Assembly: GCA_029866325.1 (NCBI GenBank)
Contig: JARWZO010000005.1
Span: 215,049-279,048 of the forward strand
DNA: 64,000 nucleotides
Reading direction: 5' to 3'
From: Fluviicola sp.
Lineage (GTDB): Bacteria; Bacteroidota; Bacteroidia; Flavobacteriales_D; Crocinitomicaceae
Shown: in pieces, positions 37,986-45,844 of the stretch
Layout: each line of letters opens with the position of its first letter
How positions within the stretch are numbered: the first letter of the stretch is position 1
Made by a program: the position numbers and the translations under genes
The notes under the pieces: model-generated
The model's database searches: none
Seen by the model: the letters and a program-made list of their open reading frames with translations, nothing else
Told to the model about the DNA's origin: nothing

Positions 37986-40559
37986 TCAATCCAACTTTCC
38001 TGCCAAAGTAAAGGCCACACGTTTTGCAAATTTTGTAGCTCCATCAACTGAAAAAGCTTCCATGACGGCCAAATAAACACCCACTCCGGCTTTTGTATTA
38101 TTGTCGTTTACACCGTCCCAACTAAGGTTTCCGCTTAAACCTAATAGTTCGCTCTTTGCGACTTCGCGAATAAGACGACCTTGATCGTCAAAAATACGTA
38201 TGGTGGCAATCATTCCGGGCTGCGACATGGTATAGAAAAATTGGATAACATCTTCCAAACCGTCATTGTCGGGCGAGAAAATTGGTAATACGGTTCCGAA
38301 ATCGCCCGTTACACCACCAACTTGGTACTGCGAATTTTGTCCGCCCGGTGTACCAAAACCAATCGGTTCGGCAGCCGTATGCCAATTTCCTTTGGAAGAA
38401 GACAATCCTGCTGGATCAATGCGCTCTAAGGTTTTGTTTTCCGTTTCATCAATCAGTGACAAATGCCAGTCTGCGAAGTAAGAAACTTTGTCAAGAACCA
38501 CAGAATCATAGATGAGGTAAATCGTGCTGGAATCATTGTTCAACGAAGGAAGACTCATTTGGTAAAACGTTCCTGAAACTGCCGCCGGAAATTGATCTTT
38601 CTGGAAAGAACTGTCGGCCGTCAATACGACATAATCACCCGGGAAAAGAAGGTAGTTCGTTGTAATTGTTTTGATATTATCAATGGTGTCGTTGTCAAAG
38701 TTGGCGATGCTGTAGTCCTTTAAATTCAACACTTTCGATGAGCGGTTATACAATTCAACAAAATCGGTTCCACCGGTTCCCGGATCAAAAAGTATTTCAT
38801 TGATCACCAAATCACCCGCTACCGGAAGGTCTGCCAAGGCAAATTGTCCGAAAAGAGTAGTGGAGTTGAGCCAGCAGTCATTCACCGTTCCGATGGTAAA
38901 ATCGTAGAGCTGACTCGCCATCAGATTTTCGTTGAAAGTAATGGTAAACGAAGTTGGGAAAGGATCGAGAATGCTGTAATTGTTGACCGTCAAAGCCGGA
39001 TTCACCGTAAACACCGAATTGGCTATAGAAGTCGAATCCATGCCTTCGGAGAAATACAATTCCACCTGATTGGGAGCCAGAGCATTTGCCAACACCAGCG
39101 AAGGTGCTTGCGTATCTGGTGTAAGGTCGTAAACACTATTTTGTGTTCCGGGAGTTCCACCGGCAATCCAATCACTGGCTGTCCAGTTTGCCTGATCCGA
39201 ACAGGGATCGTTGGGATTGATGAGTTCCAACGTATACCCACCATCCTGTTTGATCGGATCGTTGTACCAATCATCGGTGTATACTATTTTGTCGATGATC
39301 ACTAAACCTGTGTCTTTCAATACCACATCATCACCGGCGTTGTTCAAACTCGGGAAACTGGTTACGGCAAAACTACCTGAAAACGAAGCTACGGACGAAG
39401 TGGCGCACAAAATCTTGTATTCGCCCGGCAAAATCCATCCGGCGGTAATGGTACCATCAGCTGAAGCATCGCCGATTTTCCAGTCTGTGAGGTCAAAAAT
39501 CTTGGTGCTTACATTGTGAATTTCGATAAATTCCAATTCCGGCAAACCGATAGCGGGCGTTGGGTCAGCCATAAATTCCGTGACGATCACATCGCCCGGT
39601 GCGGCAACTTCGCCCACTAAAAAGGTACAATTGGTGGTGAGATTGGTGGCTGTATTTCCCGCCAAATCATCAATAGACGCAATCGTTACCTGATATGTTT
39701 GTCCGTTTTGAAGATTGCTTGAGAGGGTTAAATGTACCAACGCCCCATTACTGCCATCGATGGTTGCCGATTGAACCGCAACACTCGGATTTAAGGTGTA
39801 ATTTCCCGCGGTTGTAGCTGCTGCACCCGAAATGACCTCATTGAACAAAACATCTATTTGCGTAGCCGAAATCACGGATGAACTCGTAATCGAAGGTGCT
39901 TGTGTATCGAAAATCTCCGGACCGACATAGACATTGTCGAAGAAGAACTTATTAGCGTTGCTCACGGTATAGGTTCCCAAAACCCCGAAATGCGTTCCCA
40001 ATAAATTGGCAGCATCAGTTCCCGAAGCTTGAAAAGCATAATTGATTCCGCCGGCTGCGTCTACATACAACGACCACAATCCTGCGTTACTGCGCACCAC
40101 TCTGATTCCAACGGTAAACGAATTGGCGATCTGAGCACTTGTTCCGGCGCAAATTTCAGTTGAAGCACCACCTACCGATTTGAATAAACGAATGGCATCC
40201 AATGATCCTGACTCGCCTAACTGAAGGTAAAACCCGTCAGGATTTGTTGTTAAATCTGCAGCTGCTGAAGTGAGGTAAACGCGTCCGAAATTACTGGATG
40301 AAGGCGAGAAGCTTTGTTTCACCCAAATGCGCCATTCTTGGCCGTCGAGTGTGCTTAATCCGTGCGGAGTCGATAAATAAGATGTGGCCGCAATGCTGTT
40401 GTTGATTTGCAGTTCTTGTCCCGCATTCACAATAAAATCGGCAGTTGTTCCGCTCCAAACGGGATTTGCAGTAAAATTCCCATCCGAGAAATCATCGGTC
40501 AGTTGTGCCCATGAATTAGCGGTGAAGAAAAGTAATAGTAAAAGAAAACCCGTTTTCAT
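37986..40559 (-). CDS. Secreted protein with lamin-tail and bacterial Ig-like domains and a CHU_C/FlgD-like C-terminus (probable T9SS cargo)
   Basis: Two Ig-like units (DTQAPS...IDVLFNE / VELYFSE), two lamin-tail units (VIVTEFMADP...EFIEIHN; LVINEILFDP...DFVELYN), C-terminal FSPDNDG...WDGVND...GVYL. Confidence 0.75.
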   Translation of the reverse strand: MKTGFLLLLLFFTANSWAQLTDDFSDGNFTANPVWSGTTADFIVNAGQELQINNSIAATSYLSTPHGLSTLDGQEWRIWVKQSFSPSSSNFGRVYLTSAAADLTTNPDGFYLQLGESGSLDAIRLFKSVGGASTEICAGTSAQIANSFTVGIRVVRSNAGLWSLYVDAAGGINYAFQASGTDAANLLGTHFGVLGTYTVSNANKFFFDNVYVGPEIFDTQAPSITSSSVISATQIDVLFNEVISGAAATTAGNYTLNPSVAVQSATIDGSNGALVHLTLSSNLQNGQTYQVTIASIDDLAGNTATNLTTNCTFLVGEVAAPGDVIVTEFMADPTPAIGLPELEFIEIHNVSTKIFDLTDWKIGDASADGTITAGWILPGEYKILCATSSVASFSGSFAVTSFPSLNNAGDDVVLKDTGLVIIDKIVYTDDWYNDPIKQDGGYTLELINPNDPCSDQANWTASDWIAGGTPGTQNSVYDLTPDTQAPSLVLANALAPNQVELYFSEGMDSTSIANSVFTVNPALTVNNYSILDPFPTSFTITFNENLMASQLYDFTIGTVNDCWLNSTTLFGQFALADLPVAGDLVINEILFDPGTGGTDFVELYNRSSKVLNLKDYSIANFDNDTIDNIKTITTNYLLFPGDYVVLTADSSFQKDQFPAAVSGTFYQMSLPSLNNDSSTIYLIYDSVVLDKVSYFADWHLSLIDETENKTLERIDPAGLSSSKGNWHTAAEPIGFGTPGGQNSQYQVGGVTGDFGTVLPIFSPDNDGLEDVIQFFYTMSQPGMIATIRIFDDQGRLIREVAKSELLGLSGNLSWDGVNDNNTKAGVGVYLAVMEAFSVDGATKFAKRVAFTLAGKLD

Positions 40560-40665
40560 ATCCATTCTGTAGGGAATAAAGATAAAAAAACAGGTTGATT
40601 TCTAAGTTAAACGAGTGTTGTTTTTACAAATGTCTCAAAGTTGACTGAGATTAATCACTTTTTGT

Positions 40666-40768
40666 TCCCACAGATTCACTGATTTTTTGCCCTTCAGCCT
40701 AAGGCTGACAGCGCATTTTGTGTGCTTGTTCATCATTTAGCCGAGCAGAAATCTGGGCATCTGTGGGA
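40666..40768. mobile_element. ~103-bp MITE/REP-like element, copy B (inverted relative to copy A)
   Basis: TCCCACAGAT...TCAGCCTAAGGCTGA...AAATCTGGGCATCTGTGGGA; its reverse complement aligns end to end with 37331-37432. Confidence 0.65.
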
Positions 40769-40803
40769 AATTGATGTATCGGCCAGCCGATACGGGATAC
40801 CAT

Positions 40804-41934
40804 TTAGTTCTTCAAACTTACAGTTCCCTCAGGAATTGCCTGATTGATGAGCTTGGTAATTCCTTTCAAATATTGTTTTTCGTCGGAAGAACAAAACGAG
40901 ATCGCTTTACCAGTAGAACCCGCACGACCAGTACGACCAATGCGGTGAACATACGTTTCGGCCACTTCCGGCAATTCGAAATTAATCACGTGACTCAGTT
41001 GGTCTACATCAATACCGCGCGATGCGATATCGGTAGCAACCAAAATCCGGATTTCGCGGTTCTTGAATCCTTTCAAAGCACGTTCGCGCGCGTTCTGCGA
41101 TTTGTTTCCATGAATGGCTTCCGAGCGGATTCCGAATTTATTCAATTCTTTCGCTACGCGGTCGGCACCGTGTTTAGTGCGTGTAAATACCAACGCGTGT
41201 TCGATGTTTTCTTTTTCGATCACACGTTTCAGCATCGAGCGTTTCTCTTCTTTTTCTACATAGTAAACCGACTGTGTAACCAATTCGGCAGTAGAAGAAA
41301 TAGGATCAACCTGCACATTCGCCGGATCAAATAACAAGGTTCCAGCCAACTGCTTGATTTCAGGAGAAACGGTGGCAGAGAAGAAAATGGTTTGTTTGTT
41401 TTTCGGCAACTTAGCCAATACTTTTTTGATATCGTGGATGAAACCCATGTCGAGCATGCGATCGGCTTCGTCTAATACAAAATGCGTGATGTGTTGCAAG
41501 GTAATGAAACCTTGTTGCATCAAATCGAGCAAACGGCCCGGCGTAGCGATCAGGATATCAATTCCTGCGCTCAACTGATTCACTTGTTTGTGTTGCGAAA
41601 CACCACCGAAAATAACGGCTGAACGCAACTTGGAGTTTTTCCCGTAATCGCGGAAACTTTCACCGATTTGGATTGCTAATTCGCGCGTTGGAGCCAAAAT
41701 TAGGGCTTTTACGTTGCGTTTTCCTTTTACGCCTTCTGTCGGCTCCAATAATTGAAGTAAAGGTAGGGCGAAAGAAGCCGTTTTACCGGTTCCTGTTTGT
41801 GCGCATCCGAAAATGTCGCGACCTGCTAAAATGTGTGGAATGGATTGTTCCTGAATAGGGGTTGGTGTGGTGTAACCCACGGCTTCGAGCGCATCCAATA
41901 AGGATTGACTCAAATCTAAATCTTTAAATAACAT
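40804..41934 (-). CDS. DEAD-box RNA helicase (RhlE-like, short C-terminus)
   Basis: PTPIQ, AQTGTGKT, PTRELA, TPGRLLD, DEADRMLDMGF, SAT and HRIGRTGRAG. Confidence 0.93.
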   Translation of the reverse strand: MLFKDLDLSQSLLDALEAVGYTTPTPIQEQSIPHILAGRDIFGCAQTGTGKTASFALPLLQLLEPTEGVKGKRNVKALILAPTRELAIQIGESFRDYGKNSKLRSAVIFGGVSQHKQVNQLSAGIDILIATPGRLLDLMQQGFITLQHITHFVLDEADRMLDMGFIHDIKKVLAKLPKNKQTIFFSATVSPEIKQLAGTLLFDPANVQVDPISSTAELVTQSVYYVEKEEKRSMLKRVIEKENIEHALVFTRTKHGADRVAKELNKFGIRSEAIHGNKSQNARERALKGFKNREIRILVATDIASRGIDVDQLSHVINFELPEVAETYVHRIGRTGRAGSTGKAISFCSSDEKQYLKGITKLINQAIPEGTVSLKN

Positions 41935-42048
41935 GTATTCTTTTGGTATGTATTATCCGAACTGGATGTCACGTGTGTTTGTACTTTACAACACTCACAT
42001 ATCGGGAAACCAGTATCGAAAAAACAGTCTTTCAACCTGATTGCGGTG

Positions 42049-42056
42049 CAAAGATA
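42049..42056 (-). promoter_or_regulatory. -7 promoter element (TATCTTTG) for the helicase gene
   Basis: The reverse strand reads GTATCTTTGCACC upstream of the helicase. Confidence 0.6.
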
Positions 42057-42188
42057 CGGTAAAAAGTGTGAAAAAGTGCCAAAAAGCAGTTAGGAGCACA
42101 AGTTACGCGAAAGATTGATCTTGTTTCCGGCACATTTATCGCCCCAAATCATGTAATTTTACCCCGAATTTTATTCCAGATAACAAAC

Positions 42189-43181
42189 ATGAATGTAGCT
42201 GTTGTAGGCGCTACCGGAATGGTGGGCCAGGTGATGTTGGAAGTGTTGAAAGAACGCAACTTCCCGATTACACAATTGATTCCCGTAGCTTCTGAAAAGT
42301 CGGTCGGTAAAATGATCGAATTTGGTAGTTTGCAATTCCCGGTGGTCGATTTGCCAACGGCGGTTTCGATGAAGCCCGATGTAGCGATCTTTTCTGCCGG
42401 TGGTGAAACATCACTTGAGTGGGCACCGAAGTTTGCAGAAGTTGGTACAACCGTGATCGATAATAGCTCGGCATGGCGCATGGATCTGGATAAAAAACTG
42501 ATTATTCCTGAAATAAACGGCGACCAGCTCACTGCCGAAGATAAAATCATTGCCAATCCGAATTGCAGTACCATTCAATTGTTGTTGGCATTGGCTCCCT
42601 TGCACAAAGCCTATACCGTGGAACGTGTGGTGGTTTCTACTTACCAATCCATTACCGGAACAGGCGTAAAAGCCATGCAGCAATTGGAAAACGAACGTGC
42701 AGGTATTACGGGCGAAATGGCTTATCCGTATCCGATTGATAAAAACTGCTTGCCGCATTGCGATTCGTTTTTGGACAATGGTTACACGAAAGAAGAAATG
42801 AAATTGACGAAGGAAACCAAGAAAATTTTGGATCCTTCTATCCGCGTTACGGCTACAGCGGTGCGTGTTCCGGTGGTGGGTGGTCACTCCGAAGCGGTAA
42901 ACGTAGAGTTTAAACACGATTTTGATTTAGCCAACGTTCGTAAGTTATTGCATGAAGCCGATGGTATTACCCTGAAAGACGACCCAACTTCCAATTCATA
43001 CCCGATGCCGCGTTATGCGCAAGGCAAAGACGATGTGTTTGTGGGAAGAATTCGCCGCGACGAATCACAAGAAAACACCTTGAACATGTGGGTAGTTGCC
43101 GATAACCTTCGAAAAGGAGCAGCAACGAATGCGGTTCAAATTGCAGAATTGCTAATCAAAAAAGGTTTACTAACGGTATAA
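42189..43181 (+). CDS. asd: Aspartate-semialdehyde dehydrogenase
   Basis: VVGATGMVG, IDNSSAWRM, NPNCSTIQ, VRVPVVGGHSE and DNLRKGAATNAVQI. Confidence 0.97.
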   Translation: MNVAVVGATGMVGQVMLEVLKERNFPITQLIPVASEKSVGKMIEFGSLQFPVVDLPTAVSMKPDVAIFSAGGETSLEWAPKFAEVGTTVIDNSSAWRMDLDKKLIIPEINGDQLTAEDKIIANPNCSTIQLLLALAPLHKAYTVERVVVSTYQSITGTGVKAMQQLENERAGITGEMAYPYPIDKNCLPHCDSFLDNGYTKEEMKLTKETKKILDPSIRVTATAVRVPVVGGHSEAVNVEFKHDFDLANVRKLLHEADGITLKDDPTSNSYPMPRYAQGKDDVFVGRIRRDESQENTLNMWVVADNLRKGAATNAVQIAELLIKKGLLTV

Positions 43182-43242
43182 TTGTTGCAAACAATTTTTG
43201 GGCGGTTTAAACGTTTTAGAAACAAAGAAGATGATTTTCAGT

Positions 43243-44067
43243 ATGAAACAATGGTTGTTGGCAGTTTTACTGCTTGTGAATGGTGTCGCCTTCGGGCAGC
43301 GTCAAACCAAAATGTCGCGCTCTGAAATCGGGATTATGGTTGGTGGATCGTATTATATAGGCGATTTGAATACCATGAAACATTTCAAGAACACCAACCT
43401 TGCTTATGGCGTTTTGTACCGTTTCAACATTCACCCGCGGCTTACATGGCGTTCCAATTTCACCTACGGTTTTGTGGAAGGTTACGATTCTGATGCCAAG
43501 CGAGATGTGCTGGTGAACCGCAATCTGTCGTTTCAAACCAAATTGTGGGAGCTTGGAAGTGGTGTTGAATTTTCTTATTTCCCGTTTCAGATTGGTCACA
43601 GCCGTTACCGCGGAACTGCGTATTTATTGGCAGAATTGGCCTTGGTGCACATCAATCCGACCACCGATTACAATGGCGACCAAATAGAATTACAACCATT
43701 GGGAACCGAAGGACAAGGAACCAGCGCTTCCAATAGAAGCAATTATGCCTTGAATCAATTGGCCGTTCCGTTGGGAGTTGGTTGTCGACTTTCACTAGGC
43801 AAACGCGCATCTTTTGGTTTGGAATACGGCATTCGTTTCCTATTTACCGATTATTTGGACGATGTAAGTGGTTATCGCTATGCAGATCCTTCGATCATTG
43901 CCGCTGAAAACGGCCCTATCGCCGCTGCTTTGAGCAATCGCAGTTTAGATGGTTCACGTTTCGGTAGAAGAGGCAATCCTGCTTCGCGTGACTGGTATTC
44001 GTTTTTCGGAGCTACACTAACGTTCCGTTTGGGTGATCCTTCGAATTGTCATTTTACGAATCAGTGA
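43243..44067 (+). CDS. DUF6089 / PorG-like outer-membrane beta-barrel protein
   Basis: EIGIMVGGSYYIGDL, RNLSFQT, LQPLGTEGQ, FTDYLDDVS and RGNPASRDWY; start set at MKQWLL. Confidence 0.7.
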   Translation: MKQWLLAVLLLVNGVAFGQRQTKMSRSEIGIMVGGSYYIGDLNTMKHFKNTNLAYGVLYRFNIHPRLTWRSNFTYGFVEGYDSDAKRDVLVNRNLSFQTKLWELGSGVEFSYFPFQIGHSRYRGTAYLLAELALVHINPTTDYNGDQIELQPLGTEGQGTSASNRSNYALNQLAVPLGVGCRLSLGKRASFGLEYGIRFLFTDYLDDVSGYRYADPSIIAAENGPIAAALSNRSLDGSRFGRRGNPASRDWYSFFGATLTFRLGDPSNCHFTNQ

Positions 44068-44105
44068 TTTTTTGTTGATTTTTCGACTCCTAATTCGCCG
44101 TTTTT

Positions 44106-44160
44106 TCTTTCCGTAATCAGTCTGAGCCTGATGCGGTATTGCGGGATTACTGAATTTAAA
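44106..44160. repeat. Dispersed element, copy 2 (with an internal insertion relative to 13287-13320)
   Basis: TCTTTCCGTAAT-[cagtctgagcctgatgcgg]-TATTGCGGGATTACTGAATTTAA. Confidence 0.7.
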
Positions 44161-44212
44161 CCATTGAATATCAAAGGTTTTAATTCATTTATTGAAAAAA
44201 TTATTGTTTACA

Positions 44213-44242
44213 AAAAAGGGTCGCGATAAATCGGCGACCCTA
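44213..44242 (-). terminator. Terminator for the 44270-45037 gene
   Basis: The minus strand reads GGGTCGCCGA-TTTA-TCGCGACCC-TTTTTT. Confidence 0.7.
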
Positions 44243-44269
44243 CAATTTCTTCTTCAACACCAAATCCCA

Positions 44270-45037
44270 CTACCTCGTAAACAACTCCTTGTTCCCATTC
44301 GATCCGGTAATAAGCAACGCATTGTTTTCTGCGTACCAGGTTCCTAAAAGCACGGATTGCCACTTTCCTTCAGCGAAAGCGATGACGTACAAATTTTTTC
44401 CTTTCGCGTACCATCCAACTCCCGGAAGTTTTCCGGTACCGTTATCCGAGCTTTGACCGGAATAATCAGAACTGCTCATCGTGGCTGAACTTCCGTTGTC
44501 GGAAATGCTTCCATCTGCATAAAGGGTCATCGATTGTGAAAACGTAGAGCCCATATAATTATCTCCGTAGCCGGAATTATAGTTTTCGCTTTTGGTCCAT
44601 GTGCCTTGCAAGGCCACCGGAAATGTTACATCTGCCGGGAACGGTATTTTTGTAGGAACGTTTTCTGTTTGAGTGGAAGCTGTTTCGGTTTCATTTGCCG
44701 TAGCTTTCTCCACAGTAAAAGGAAATTCCGTGCGTTCACCGCTCATTTCAACGATCAATTGACAATTCAGCACGGCATCACTTCTTTGAGCGGTTAAGCC
44801 GAAACTGAGTGTGCTAATACTTTCTACAGCAGTTCCCGCAAAAGAATTGCCGCTTACAGTTCCTGAAATGATATAGGTTTGCTGTGAATCTTTCATGTCT
44901 CCGGATACGGTTGTGCCATCTTGCAGTAGGTTCATCACAACGGCATCTCCGTTCACGGTTCCGTAATACGTTCCAGCCCACTGAGCATAAAACGTGGTTA
45001 TCCAAAAAAGACTGATAAAAAGTGCTGCTGATTTCAT
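44270..45037 (-). CDS. Secreted hypothetical protein with two small beta-rich domains joined by a Thr/Glu linker
   Basis: Signal peptide MKSAALFISLFW...AQ; WAGTYYG and LQGTWTK (lipocalin-like GxW starts). Confidence 0.6.
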   Translation of the reverse strand: MKSAALFISLFWITTFYAQWAGTYYGTVNGDAVVMNLLQDGTTVSGDMKDSQQTYIISGTVSGNSFAGTAVESISTLSFGLTAQRSDAVLNCQLIVEMSGERTEFPFTVEKATANETETASTQTENVPTKIPFPADVTFPVALQGTWTKSENYNSGYGDNYMGSTFSQSMTLYADGSISDNGSSATMSSSDYSGQSSDNGTGKLPGVGWYAKGKNLYVIAFAEGKWQSVLLGTWYAENNALLITGSNGNKELFTR

Positions 45038-45261
45038 TGACCAATTGTTTTCACTTCCAAAATAGGAAAAAAGGATCAACTTTCCGGTATTCGTTGTGAA
45101 TTATTACCCTGAGAACCAAGACTGGGCGGTTTCAATTGAAGCCCAAAAGGCTGTCTCCCATCCGCCTGAGATGGAAATGCAATTGAATTACTGAATTTAA
45201 ATCGAAACGTAAGTTCAGTGAAGCTAATAATTGAAACTTGTTTCCATTTTGTTTAGTGAAG

Positions 45262-45312
45262 ACTCGCCGTGGCGAGTTATTCGTAAAGAATTGTACATCC
45301 GCCGCGGCGGAT
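45262..45312. repeat. Pair of GC-rich palindromes (REP-like)
   Basis: ACTCGCCGTGGCGAGT (45262-45277) and perfect ATCCGCCGCGGCGGAT (45297-45312). Confidence 0.6.
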
Positions 45313-45400
45313 TATTCGTTCATTCGTGGTGGAAAATACGTAGTACGTCAAATTCTACAAAGCTTGTGTGTTTAAATTGGAAATCATCCAAAAGGGAGTT

Positions 45401-45844
45401 TTAAAAAAACAACCTTCCGTTCACCCATTCCGGGTCTAGAATTGCTTCGTGTTTTTTGTAGAATTCCAATGCGGGTTCGTTCCATTCCAATACCTGCCAG
45501 TCCATGCGTTTTACCCCACGTTCTTTGGCAATGCTTACCACTTGCTGAAACAATCGACCGCCGATTCCACCACGACGGTATTCGGGCAAAACATAGAAAT
45601 CTTCCAAGTACAAACACCGACCTTTCCAGGTAGAATAAGAAGTGTAATACAACGCGAAACCGACTACTAGATCGTTATCGGTTGTTACAACGAGCGCATC
45701 ACAAATCTTGTCTTCAAACAAATCAATGCGCAGTTGTTCGGGTGTATTGATCACTTCATCCGGTGCGCGCTCGTATTCGGCCAAGGCCTGAATCAAACCA
45801 TGGATCGCGCGTTCATCTCCCGATTGTGCTTCGCGAATCAGCAT
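45401..45844 (-). CDS. GNAT acetyltransferase (spermidine/spermine N1-acetyltransferase-like)
   Basis: LAEYERA, YSTWKGRCLYLEDFYV, RRGGIG and WQVLEWNEPALEFY. Confidence 0.85.
   Translation of the reverse strand: MLIREAQSGDERAIHGLIQALAEYERAPDEVINTPEQLRIDLFEDKICDALVVTTDNDLVVGFALYYTSYSTWKGRCLYLEDFYVLPEYRRGGIGGRLFQQVVSIAKERGVKRMDWQVLEWNEPALEFYKKHEAILDPEWVNGRLFF

Noticed and set aside
40804-41934. Short DEAD-box helicase as a possible truncated pseudogene
   Set aside because: All helicase motifs Q through VI are intact; short-tailed RhlE-like proteins are common.
45100-45250. TPP, cobalamin or 6S-Flavo RNA
   Set aside because: CTGAGA-like words are present, but the remaining conserved elements and the expected gene context are absent; kept only as an unclassified structured-RNA candidate.
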